Shown here: piece by piece, positions 10,001 to 18,252 of the stretch
Layout: each line of letters starts with the position of its first letter
Position numbering within the stretch: the stretch's first letter is position 1
Assembly (NCBI GenBank): GCA_019058315.1
Contig: JAHPZH010000001.1
Location: 817,208 to 881,207 of the forward strand
Source of the DNA: Candidatus Helarchaeota archaeon
GTDB lineage: Archaea; Asgardarchaeota; Lokiarchaeia; Helarchaeales; RDOG01
DNA length: 64,000 nucleotides
Reading direction: 5' to 3'
Position numbers and translations under genes: made by a program
The notes under the pieces: generated by a model
Databases searched by the model: none
Seen by the model: only the letters and a program-made list of their open reading frames with translations
What the model was told of the DNA's origin: nothing

Positions 10001-11791
10001 TAAATTCCCAATTAGATCGTAATAACGAATCATATTATTTTCAATATCTGCTAAGTAAAGATAATTGGTCGAATTAACTGTGATTTTAAAATTGTTACTT
10101 AATTGTGAATCTTGCCATTTACCAACGGGATCACCAGTTGGAGAAAATATTCTTATTTGTTTATTACCCGAATCTGCCACATATATTATTGGTAATTCCC
10201 ATTGTCTTTCTGGGGAGAAAATTGTAATTCCTGAAGGTGTCTTTAACTTTCCTTCTTGATTGGCTTCCCCATATTCGCCCCACTCTAGAACAAACCTTCC
10301 ATTTTCGTCGAATTTCTGAATACGATGGTTATAATAGTCAGCTACGTAAATATAATTGTTGTAATTTGAACCATTCCATTCCTTACTAATATCTAAAGCA
10401 TAAGGATGATCAAATTGACCCTTTAAAGATCCTGAGCTTCCCCATTCTAAGGTAAAATTTCCGTTGGAATCAAATTTTTTAATACGATTGTTGAGAGTAT
10501 CGGCAACATAGATAAATCCTTTAGAATCTATTGCAATATCACGGGGTTGATTCATATAAATAGGTCTATCAATAAAAGAATTATCATTAAAAGTAATATT
10601 ATAATAATTGAGTGTTAAATTGTATAAAAATGCGTTTGAATAACAATCTGTGCTGAAATTGACTCTAAATTTAAATATATTTTGAGTAGTATTTCTATAT
10701 TCCGCTACGCCCAGCCAATTATCCGTATTAAAATCATAATATTCCAAAGTGATATTTGTACCTAATTGTTTCTCTGAATTTATATCGACAGCTAAAATAG
10801 TTACATTATCACATATTGGAATATCCTTAGATGTATAATAACCATTTGTGAAATTACTTTCTAAATTCAAGATTCTATTTTCATAATGATTATTTGAAAA
10901 ATTAAAATCAACTGAATCTATCCAAACTGTAAGGGAGGCACTACTACCAGAAGTACAAGAGCGGCAAGCATTGAGAAGGGAAGGAGAGTTAATTAATGGA
11001 TAATCTCCATATTTTACATCATCAACATAAATAAACCATGTTCCACTAGTACAATTCCAATGAACTTTGGCATGATACCATGTATTAGACGCCACACTTC
11101 TGATATTGCACCAATATGTACCATCCCAATATTGTAATTTGCCATTAATATCACCACGAAATCCTATCATTATTCCATCACCAACAGTTGGATAAGGATA
11201 AATACAAAAATCACTACGTTCATTAACGTCATCAGATCTAAAATAAAATTCACAAATACCAGTTACAGAATCGGAAAAATTACATTGAGCTTGACCATAA
11301 CCAGAACCAGTATCGTTTAATAATATAGTATGATTATGACCAGATATACCTTCGATTATATGAATTTCATTAGATCCTGTTGAAATATCTGCCCAGCCCT
11401 CAGGGATTGAGTCAATTGTATCATTTTTAAAATTATATTGGGCTTGAAATATTCCTGGATTCTCTGTTAGATTTAAGTTACCATATCCATAATTTACATT
11501 TTGACTAGAATTATGATATTCTGTAAAATTTTTAATAAGTATAGTGTGTATAAATGAATCATCAGATTCGTCTTCATTTGTAGTTTGAAGAAAAAGTTCA
11601 AAAGGATCTTCAGGAATTGGGTTATAATTGTCAATATATTTGGTTTGTAAAGTGTTTAATATTAAAGTAAAATTCAAAAATTCTCTATTTATAAAGTTTG
11701 GCTGATTAATTTCAAGAAAATTAGTGAAATTTGGTAAAGTTATTATTGAAATTAAAATTAAAATGATATATTTTCTTTTATTTGCTCCCAT
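4034..11791 (-). CDS. Giant membrane-anchored surface protein (NHL beta-propellers, two LamG/lectin-like modules, DPPG domain, Ig-like repeats)
   Basis: N-terminal basic+hydrophobic signal; many NHL repeats (PRDIAIDSKGFIYVADTLNNRIKKFD, PGGITVDSDGYIYVADSGNNRI); two copies of F-x-NDT...P-x-GW...NTWYH...D-x-VDF; Ig-like repeats (SGVHKVEFF, IYVVAYDNGGN, IWARAYDWTGN); C-terminal TM followed by RKWKRKRR. Confidence 0.85.
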   Translation of the reverse strand: MGANKRKYIILILISIITLPNFTNFLEINQPNFINREFLNFTLILNTLQTKYIDNYNPIPEDPFELFLQTTNEDESDDSFIHTILIKNFTEYHNSSQNVNYGYGNLNLTENPGIFQAQYNFKNDTIDSIPEGWADISTGSNEIHIIEGISGHNHTILLNDTGSGYGQAQCNFSDSVTGICEFYFRSDDVNERSDFCIYPYPTVGDGIMIGFRGDINGKLQYWDGTYWCNIRSVASNTWYHAKVHWNCTSGTWFIYVDDVKYGDYPLINSPSLLNACRSCTSGSSASLTVWIDSVDFNFSNNHYENRILNLESNFTNGYYTSKDIPICDNVTILAVDINSEKQLGTNITLEYYDFNTDNWLGVAEYRNTTQNIFKFRVNFSTDCYSNAFLYNLTLNYYNITFNDNSFIDRPIYMNQPRDIAIDSKGFIYVADTLNNRIKKFDSNGNFTLEWGSSGSLKGQFDHPYALDISKEWNGSNYNNYIYVADYYNHRIQKFDENGRFVLEWGEYGEANQEGKLKTPSGITIFSPERQWELPIIYVADSGNKQIRIFSPTGDPVGKWQDSQLSNNFKITVNSTNYLYLADIENNMIRYYDLIGNLLGTWGKFGDKEGEFSKPTDIAFDSEGDVHIMDSLNHRIQKFTFSGDYINESSWGILGYEEGEFYAPNGLVIDQQDDFYLADPLNYRIQKYDNETNFLWQVGTVIPELEIPTVTYIDKWSQYGNMNLNNSRGMAVDSEGNQYVCDSANNVIVKFDKFGNFIKKWGNGSPSVEYEFNNPGGITVDSDGYIYVADSGNNRIHIFSDSIYFFNFNTWAANDTFSFPNDLEVYTDKENRDYLYVVDKNNKRIVKFFIDKEVENREILGYMYITDWDSYEIEDEIHYFQEPYGIAIDSEGSLTVSDGENKSLIIFDSTGEPSSKINNTFNNPLGLYYDSHNRLYLIDTDPDYNNHSLYILTGLIIFAKIDINTTTPLDVCVDLNDNILITTNNSILKYRYLKNFPSLLSIIEPNFTQSSLNTSISPAFDKQGNIYALKDNLIYKFDNYGNYLATFNSGLNGTGTDIEIKNFENVSFLYHALHDDNGPEHVVIYALDGEKIYQINITNYDNLSSIVIDDNQSIYCLTNSEILKFAYTSGHYKGLFSFTNDTIGCNPSGWTVEETLPTTVQVVSEVIGHKKVVEMVKVDDKIEYSFGDDYDNGIVEFYIQSTDVNNFYEFRFTIAPKSGSSKYCRAYINNDHFTGKNGSDLFYICSAIDNTWYHFKVVFNVSSGWYLFINDIRYPTSGEYAFSSDSTPYSYIQFENFQSGSYKNYVDAVDFSWSEGYYEGRNKEMDHYCSLSNYNGSGEISSEGLKNQIEVDSLGNLYYLSHSTNEILKIDWEAQEISERWHIDQNLTEHQIFMDKKDNLYLLNKLDGEAQILKFSNESDLTSRYEFNYNESEDISLSIDYFRDVYIFKNISSNQSMLYKYGSQEIPPELTFQLTDDESWTEVIMNTTGYIFGISSIDNSIKIYNSSGYYRKTLSDSGLESPFRIDIDSNNYLIVMDSDSTIKIYDDEIQYFNTIIYEPNLNFIDFYITDKINILAENQSGNYYIRSYIYNLTSAELNYSISDVDLKLPTSICVFTNDDLDQIYITDLLDNKIKVIYENGSILREWGKYGSMCGDFIGPYKVVRDYCGGVYVLDIGNSRIQKFDKHGNFKSEWGQFRWSLVPNGLKNNIDLAINQNDILVLDSLRIDKFHYEFLGNDTYNSEDPDNTDEYIADEKIFITERIIEEGAEFDIPVIYGIIYDPPGTGSYGYIKKGSERYIDLKINLKTSYEHDMISIFTINGFGGGIGGGGFIEWTNDNSWRIYEKTTEEITSSKSNDKEFMGPGRGDVIWGRYKLDYYYLVEITKYNSKGEIIAPPEYKYYTWMDLGGEIQITMQEISTAFKNNTKLPKLLKALKRANLVYDNIVDSSELDDEIPSSIEDTSSIISILYPKATKLKDNLFLTGGGQTYTYEEENSEAVSYLLSTNTGCNIRAYVKLGHDWGHSIGYISAPLGFGTYTGITSKYKYQFDYTFTYKWVVEQSIEVGQEETKTMGYIFEDQPTRNIADQYIIDVYRDKRYQTLAFTIENLSKSHDPWEYYTRDNVPPRICEIDLVDQNNNTKPDNIVGETARIRVQAEDIDLSNNPESGVDNVILYDNLSSTVDEPIEIQFEPAVDGYFYFDLDITELGFGEGYRTIYTRAYDNYSNYKISEIQILIDKSSPHLVKIAPLVSPQLPGAIELYATANDTNDIAYVKYYDGDPDSNGEFIGTSYNFGDSWKFIWVTNRTDEGNHSIYVVAYDNGGNFADDGPSMIYIGDPDPPSKCIIIEPNDGEAKNGDVTIKVEVYDQFSGVHKVEFFIGDPKDDGVLMDSINKDPFLSSMTECEFIWDIDSVNDDLYEIFIVAYDNYSNNRTDKIHLYIDKKAPNVFNFTYGHRNNYSVEFWVNNLSDDLSGIAKVEYYKGSVKIGEGIQPDQFQFLWFGPNGTHDIWARAYDWTGNYTDSNNNETVIIIYGNNKGKHPILLFPKLNDANWALISQIGVILGSIGVTAILFIRKWKRKRRNYSKMLKKS

Positions 11792-12490
11792 TTTGGGTTT
11801 TCTCCTATCAATTAAATTTAAAGAATTTTCCTATGTTAATTCCCTTGGAAGTATATAAACCCCACAAAAGTCATATTTAAAGATTATTGAATATTTTATT
11901 GATATATAGAAAGATTTATCTAGAGAATGCTTTGTTTTTAAACCGCATAGTATATAATTTTTTATCTTTATATCCTTATTTTATTGAATAAAAATAAATA
12001 TTTCCGTTTTTCTTATTATAAACCAAAATATATCAGATTATTCAATAACCCACTTCTGTATCTATGATACATACCAAAGATATTTTGTTTCATAAATACA
12101 AAATAAATATACTAATAAATTGATTGTTTAAATTTTATAAAGTGACTTATTCTGTAATCATCTTCTGACTTTAATTAAAAAAAAATTAGCATATTGAGAA
12201 GAAAATTTAATTTCTTTCAAAAGACTCAATAGAAAATCAAAATATTGATTATAAGAATAATGGATATAAATATATTAGAACTAGAATCCTAATTATTACT
12301 CAAGTATTAACAATTTGTATTAATTAAATAGAAATTAAAAATTGGGATCTATTCGAAGGTCTTTGTAGCCAAATTTTACAGAATTTAGTACTGAATAACT
12401 TATTTTCTTTTTTTTTTAAATTTTTAAATTTTCATCTATTTTCAGGAACTAAATTCAAGATTTAATTTATCAATAAATTTATCGATGAGA

Positions 12491-12676
12491 GATGATGATA
12501 GTTGGGCTTATTTATTCTATAATCCAATATCAAGCAATGATAATTTGCCACCTTTAATTCTACTATTAACGATGCTAGAAGCTGGAGATTAATTAATATT
12601 CATATATCTAATAATTGGAATCGGTGCAGCGGCAGTAATAGTCATATTAATTATTGTGATAAAGCAGAAAAAATAA
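12491..12676 (+). pseudogene. Degraded 3' remnant of a paralog of the downstream WD40-like surface protein
   Basis: Translates DDDSWAYLFYNPISSNDNLPPLILLLTMLEAGD*LIFIYLIIGIGAAAVIVILIIVIKQKK*, collinear with the C-terminus of 12847..14136. In-frame TAA at 12590-12592 where the intact gene has CAA; no 5' part visible. Confidence 0.85.
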
Positions 12677-12846
12677 TTTTCAAATAAACTTTATTCTTTT
12701 TCTTTTTTATAATAACAAAAAGATAGTTGTTCTAAAATCAATTTGCTTTTGCAATCCTAGCATTAAATTAGACATTTCCTCAATGAAAAGATTTTTTAAT
12801 CTATTTATTGAATTCAATTAAGAATTATTCATATCGAGGGAAAAAT

Positions 12847-14136
12847 ATGAAAAGGAAAATTGTAATTTTACTGTTCTCCCAAACAATCTTGATTTTTACG
12901 ATGATTTTTCCGAGCTTAATGGCTATAACTAGTCAGAGCAACATATCTAACAATCTAGTTTTATCTATTACTGATACAAACAATGATCTAATATCATCCA
13001 CAACTCCTATTCTATTAGGTAAATGGTCTACGAAAGAATATCCTTGCACAGTAGACATTTCGGCGGATGGGAGATACTTTGTGTCAGGAGAAGTAATTCA
13101 TTGCAATGTTACATTTTATAATAGAAATGGTCCTAAGTGGTTCAACGACACTGGAGCTGCTATTAATTTCGTTGCCATTTCTGCAGATGGTCAATATGTT
13201 GTTTCTGGAGATGATGATTATAATCTTACTTTATTTAACCGAACTCATCATTTATTAGATTATTACAATTTTACCAGTGGAGTTAATACAGTTGCGATTT
13301 CCGAAGATGGTATGTTCTTTGTTGTTGGAAATAATAATGGAAATGTTACTTTGTTCAATAGATCCAACCCCAATTTCAATCAAATTAATAAGATGTGGGG
13401 TCATTCAGTAGGTGGAAGCGTTCATTCCGTAGATATTTCAAGGAACGGTAAATACATCGTTTCTGGAAATGATGCTGGAAATGTTACTTTATTTACACAA
13501 AACAATACAATACTATGGGAGTATAATACTGGAATTACTATAGTCAATTCAGTGGGAATTTCAGCCGATGGTGATTATATCGTCTCTGGGGATGCTGAAC
13601 ATAATGTTACTCTATTTAATAGAACTGACTGTTTTCTATGGAATTATCTAGCAGGAGATGGTATTAATTCAGTGGCAATTTCGCAAGATAGTCAATATAT
13701 AGTTGCAGGAGACACTGGTGGTAACGTTACTTTCTTTATGCAAAACAGTACGAAATTATGGGATTATGAGACTGAGAGTTATGACGTATATGATGTAGCA
13801 ATCTCGATAGATGGTCAATATGTAGTTGCCGGAGATGGCAATAGTAATATTACCTTGTTCAATAGGGACGGATTTGTGTGGTTCTATGAAACTGGAGATG
13901 ATGTTGAGGCTGTGGCGATTTCTGCAGATGGTCGATATATCGTTGGTGGATCAAATGATCAAAACGTATATTTGCTTTATAATGGAGTTCCAAGTAAAGA
14001 TAATTTGCTACCTTTAATTATACTATTAGGGATGCAAGAAACTGGAGATCAAGTAATATACATATTTTTAATAATTGGAATAGGTGCAGCGGCGGCAATA
14101 GTAATATTTATTGTTTTGATAAAAAAGGGAGAATAA
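12847..14136 (+). CDS. Secreted/membrane-anchored WD40/PQQ-like beta-propeller protein
   Basis: About 8 repeats of VAISADGxY(I/V)VxGDxxxNVTLFN; signal peptide MKRKIVILLFS (ATG 12847 preceded by GAGGG, preferred over TTG 12808); C-terminal TM plus KK. Confidence 0.88.
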   Translation: MKRKIVILLFSQTILIFTMIFPSLMAITSQSNISNNLVLSITDTNNDLISSTTPILLGKWSTKEYPCTVDISADGRYFVSGEVIHCNVTFYNRNGPKWFNDTGAAINFVAISADGQYVVSGDDDYNLTLFNRTHHLLDYYNFTSGVNTVAISEDGMFFVVGNNNGNVTLFNRSNPNFNQINKMWGHSVGGSVHSVDISRNGKYIVSGNDAGNVTLFTQNNTILWEYNTGITIVNSVGISADGDYIVSGDAEHNVTLFNRTDCFLWNYLAGDGINSVAISQDSQYIVAGDTGGNVTFFMQNSTKLWDYETESYDVYDVAISIDGQYVVAGDGNSNITLFNRDGFVWFYETGDDVEAVAISADGRYIVGGSNDQNVYLLYNGVPSKDNLLPLIILLGMQETGDQVIYIFLIIGIGAAAAIVIFIVLIKKGE

Positions 14137-14191
14137 ATCTCAAATTATTTTTTTTAATTTTTTTAATTTTATATGAAATTTTTTCTCAGGA

Positions 14192-15775
14192 TTAATTATC
14201 TTTTAATTTATCTTTTAATGCAGCAATAATTATTTTAGCCTGCAAATTTTGAGGATCTAATTCGATAATTTTTTGATAGCATTTTATTGCTTCATTGTAT
14301 TTATGCAATTTTCCGTATAATTTACCTAAACATATCCAGCTAGAAATTTGTGCTGGATTAATCTTTGTTATTTTTTCAAAACAAATTATTGCATTTTGAT
14401 AATCCTCTAAATTCTTATATGCTACTCCAAGTTTTTCCCATGCTACAGCATTTTGAGGATTTATTTCAATAATTTTACCGTATAAATCAATTTTTCTATA
14501 ACTATCGGTAAATTTTGGGGATATTTCCGACTTTTGAGATGTATTCAAAATTATTATTGATGGATCTTTCATATTTGATAATTTTCGGCTTTGAAAAGGT
14601 TCTTTTTTTGTTTTTATATATCTTTTTCTATAAATTACAAAACTAAATACTGCAAGAATTATACTACTCATTAGTTCGACACCAATAAATGGAATTAATA
14701 GATTAGGCTTATTATTTCCCACCAAATATAGTAAAATTAAAGATGGATCAAATGGAGTATGAGTCAGAGAAATAATAACAATTTGAATAGTGAAATAAGA
14801 ACAATTCCTAAATGCAGATGGATGAGTATCATTTGCAAAAATTGTTATATTATATATCCCCTGAGGATAATTAATTTGCAATATTAATTCATAAAATCCT
14901 GGTGTAACTGTTTCTAGGATTAAAGCCCAATTTCTATTCCATCCTGTAAAATTTAATTCTGCATATGTAATGTATTTTGGAGATCCGGAATAGGTAGAAA
15001 TTGAATCATTAATATTATCCAAATCAATAAAACGAAAGAAAATTGTGTAAGTTTGAATTGAATTATTTATTGTCTCATTAATTTTCGATGGTATGGGATC
15101 TTCTGTTACTGGATCACACCATTGTATTATTGTATTATGCTTTCTAAACCAAATAGTCTGTATTAGAGTTTGATTTTCGTAATTTGTTTTTCTAAATTCT
15201 ATTGATAAGGTAATATTTTTAAATCCTGTTCGATTCCATGAAATCTGTTCTGTATCAAATGTAAAAGTGTAAATTTTTAATTCATGTAAAATCCCAGGAG
15301 TAACCTGATATTTACCAGGTTCCCATGATTTCCAATAACTTCCATTCCATATTTTCAAAGAATGATAATTAATACTATCTAGAGTGGTTCCGTTAGTTGT
15401 TGAATAATTTAGGAATAATTTAAAGAAATAAAAAGATCCAGGAACCTCATAAGGAAAAATTGGTCCAGTTAACTCTTTAAACACTCCATTTATTGAATGT
15501 TGTTCTATTTTTTCAATCTTTAGTATAGTAGGAATTGGTAATATATGTAACCAAATCTCAAAACTTGTTTGGAGATAATTTATCTCAAAACCAGAAAAAG
15601 TATAGTGAATATTAATAGTGAAATTATAAGTCCCATTATTAAATGGTCCTCCATTTACAACATCTTCGGTTGGCCAAAGTTCTTTATAAATATTGGTATT
15701 AATTTCAAGTTTGTAAATTCCACCAGAACATGAGATACAATTTATTTTTATTTTTAAGTTTAAAATGGAATTCAT
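14192..15775 (-). CDS. Single-pass membrane protein: beta-rich Ig-like ectodomain, TM, cytoplasmic TPRs; probably 5'-truncated
   Basis: NxT/S-rich beta region (GTYNFTINI, GIYNITIFAN), TM SSIILAVFSFVIYRKR, then TPRs (AWEKLGVAY...AIICFEKI, SWICLGKLY...AIKCYQKIIELDP). No signal peptide at the predicted start. Confidence 0.7.
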   Translation of the reverse strand: MNSILNLKIKINCISCSGGIYKLEINTNIYKELWPTEDVVNGGPFNNGTYNFTINIHYTFSGFEINYLQTSFEIWLHILPIPTILKIEKIEQHSINGVFKELTGPIFPYEVPGSFYFFKLFLNYSTTNGTTLDSINYHSLKIWNGSYWKSWEPGKYQVTPGILHELKIYTFTFDTEQISWNRTGFKNITLSIEFRKTNYENQTLIQTIWFRKHNTIIQWCDPVTEDPIPSKINETINNSIQTYTIFFRFIDLDNINDSISTYSGSPKYITYAELNFTGWNRNWALILETVTPGFYELILQINYPQGIYNITIFANDTHPSAFRNCSYFTIQIVIISLTHTPFDPSLILLYLVGNNKPNLLIPFIGVELMSSIILAVFSFVIYRKRYIKTKKEPFQSRKLSNMKDPSIIILNTSQKSEISPKFTDSYRKIDLYGKIIEINPQNAVAWEKLGVAYKNLEDYQNAIICFEKITKINPAQISSWICLGKLYGKLHKYNEAIKCYQKIIELDPQNLQAKIIIAALKDKLKDN

Positions 15776-16220
15776 AATTTAATTAGGAGATTCCGTTTTA
15801 AATAGTTTACTAGAAAAGAATTTAATAAGTTTCTCTATATTTAGAGACGAATCCACTTTGTTTCGGGAATAAATTTCTGATAAATTACCACGACGGGAAA
15901 GATAAATATTTCATTTGACATAAAATTTTAAATTTCATATATTTGTTAAGATGGATAATCAAGAATTGAAAGTTTCCATAAATTTTCTAAATTTTTTTTA
16001 TTAAAAATACAATAAGATCATTCTTGCCATTTTGTTTTAAAATTAATTAAATAAATAAACTACCGACAAAAATCCGATATTTTTTTAACTCTAATTTAAA
16101 TCTAATAAATCAAAATTTAAATAAAATGATATTATAATAATAAATTTTAAATAGAATGATTTATTGGGGAATTTTTAGAAACCGAATAAATATATTTTAA
16201 AAAGAAATTTATTTCAAAGG

Positions 16221-17684
16221 ATGGTGTTTAAAGTCAACAATGAAATACAAGAAAATAATTATTCTTTAGCACAAAGAGAGATTAATTTAATTGTAAAAAA
16301 ATTTAATAAAAAATTTAAAATTAATTTTAGAGAATTATTTGAAAACGAAATTACAAATCAAAGGAAAATTCAATTAATTAAAAATTTTTATGAAACTTTA
16401 TTAATAAAATTTAAAGATTTAGAGAATTCTGAAGCTTTTAATAATTTTTTAAAAGAATTTGAATCAATTTTAGTTGACGAATCTAAATTAATTGACAAAT
16501 TCTTAATAATTTGTGAAAAATTTGGAATTCAATTCAAATTACCAAAAAAAATTGATGATATTTTTCATATTTATCGTATAATATCGAATCCCAATACCTC
16601 TACTAAATATTATTTTATACTCAAATGTTTTTATGAAAATTCGAATAGATATTTAACAAAAAAACATGTTGAAATCTTATTATCTGAAATTCTAGGGGAT
16701 TCAATAATTGATTTAGATGTTTACTTTAGAAATTTAAAATCTGTGAAATTAATAAAAAAACAAAGTAAGAGATATCATTTAACAGAAATCGGAGTTACTT
16801 TTTTTGATTCAATTTTAAAATTAAAAGAAGAAATGAAAATACCTTTAATAGATAAATTAGATCGGGTTATGCTATTACAAGCATTATATGATGAAAAAGG
16901 AATTCCTATACAAAGTCATCATCATATTCAACAAATAAGTTCTCTTATTAAAGAATTTATTGATGAAATTATAGAACACGATAATGTCCTTGAATGGTCG
17001 TCATACCTTGATAAGTTAGATGATATTATTTTAGATCTAGAAACATTTGCCCAAAGATATAAAAATGATTTCGGGATTTATCAACAAATATTAAGAGAAA
17101 AATCAGAATTAGCAAGAAAACTTGCAATTTATCATGAAGTGGCTCAAGAATCACTTAATAAATACATTTCTTTAATTCATCAAGGATACGATCCAAAAAG
17201 AATGAAGTTAATCATTAATTTATTTAATAAAACTATATTCTCAGAATTATCAAATTGTTTATACAACAATATTTTAAATGCTAGATTACCTCAGAATGAA
17301 GATTTATGGATGGATATTTTAATCATTAATAAAAAAGATTTTGAAGATATTAAGGATAATAGAATAAAAGAATCAATTATGACTGAAAAATTAAAAGATT
17401 CTAAGGCAATTGAATTATTAGATTTTTATTATCCTAGTTATAAATTGATGGGAGAAAAATTAATTTCGAAAATTAATAAATCGCCAATCAAATTATCAGA
17501 ATTAACCAAAAGGTGGGATTGTAATTGGAAAATTTTAGCAGATTTCATTAATAATTTACCTTCAATTATAACCGAATTTCCTATCATTGCAATTGCTCAG
17601 AAGAAAATATTTAATTTCAAAGAAGGTATTGCAAGAGAGGGTATATTTTATACTTTATTATCGGGTGAGAAGAATGATATTTGA
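16221..17684 (+). CDS. Putative kleisin-like subunit (MukF/MksF/JetA-type) with winged-helix domain
   Basis: WH-like segment YFILKCFYENSNRYLTKKHVEILL...YFRNLKSVKLIKKQSKRYHLTEIG followed by a helical region; size and first position in an operon with a kite and an SMC. The call rests mainly on context. Confidence 0.55.
   Translation: MVFKVNNEIQENNYSLAQREINLIVKKFNKKFKINFRELFENEITNQRKIQLIKNFYETLLIKFKDLENSEAFNNFLKEFESILVDESKLIDKFLIICEKFGIQFKLPKKIDDIFHIYRIISNPNTSTKYYFILKCFYENSNRYLTKKHVEILLSEILGDSIIDLDVYFRNLKSVKLIKKQSKRYHLTEIGVTFFDSILKLKEEMKIPLIDKLDRVMLLQALYDEKGIPIQSHHHIQQISSLIKEFIDEIIEHDNVLEWSSYLDKLDDIILDLETFAQRYKNDFGIYQQILREKSELARKLAIYHEVAQESLNKYISLIHQGYDPKRMKLIINLFNKTIFSELSNCLYNNILNARLPQNEDLWMDILIINKKDFEDIKDNRIKESIMTEKLKDSKAIELLDFYYPSYKLMGEKLISKINKSPIKLSELTKRWDCNWKILADFINNLPSIITEFPIIAIAQKKIFNFKEGIAREGIFYTLLSGEKNDI
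17663..17668 (+). promoter_or_regulatory. Shine-Dalgarno-like site (GGGTGA) for ATG 17674
   Basis: tcGGGTGAgaagaATG; ATG 17674 is in frame with the ORF-track call 17587..18252 and overlaps the upstream stop. Confidence 0.6.
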
Positions 17685-18252
17685 AATTAACGACGAATTC
17701 TTAGAAGATGTTCAACTATTAATCAATATTTTAATATTTAACGGAGGGAAAGGTATTAGTTTAGATGAAATTAAAAAGATTTTTGAAGAAAATTGTGATT
17801 CTATAATCAACGAAACTGATATCATTTTAAAGATGCTTCAGATAGAATTAAGAAATAATGAGAATAGACTTTTTATTGTTCCAAATAGAAAAATATATAC
17901 TCAATTAAATTTATATGGTATAACAAATAAATTATTATCTCTAGAAACTAAAGAGCGAGAAAAACTAACACGCTTTATTACATTGTACTTGGCTGAGGGG
18001 AAAAATGAACCAATATCTAAAGAAAAAGTTAAATTTGAATTAAATGAAAAGTTTGGACTTAATTTAGTTGAAAAAGATCTAAGAACTTTAGAAAGGTTTG
18101 GTTATATTAAATTAATTCATAATAAATTCGTTGATCTGGGATGGAGATTAAAAAATAGCAAAGAATTTAAAAGTTTTGAAACAAAATTTTTAGAATTTAT
18201 AAAGAGGTTTGAAAAAAAACAAGTGTTAAAGGATAAAATTCGAAATGACTAG
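17674..18252 (+). CDS. Putative kite subunit (tandem winged-helix; ScpB/Nse1/Nse3/JetB class)
   Basis: 192 aa from ATG 17674. WH-A: LLINILIFNGGKGISLDEIKKIF...SIINETDIILKMLQIELR. WH-B: LTRFITLYL...PISKEKV...DLRTLERFGYIKL...VDLGWRL. Overlaps both neighbours. Confidence 0.7.
   Translation: MIFEINDEFLEDVQLLINILIFNGGKGISLDEIKKIFEENCDSIINETDIILKMLQIELRNNENRLFIVPNRKIYTQLNLYGITNKLLSLETKEREKLTRFITLYLAEGKNEPISKEKVKFELNEKFGLNLVEKDLRTLERFGYIKLIHNKFVDLGWRLKNSKEFKSFETKFLEFIKRFEKKQVLKDKIRND

Noticed and set aside
17587-17673. ORF-track N-terminal extension of the kite gene
   Set aside because: It would overlap the upstream gene by about 100 bp; ATG 17674 has an SD-like site and typical coupling.
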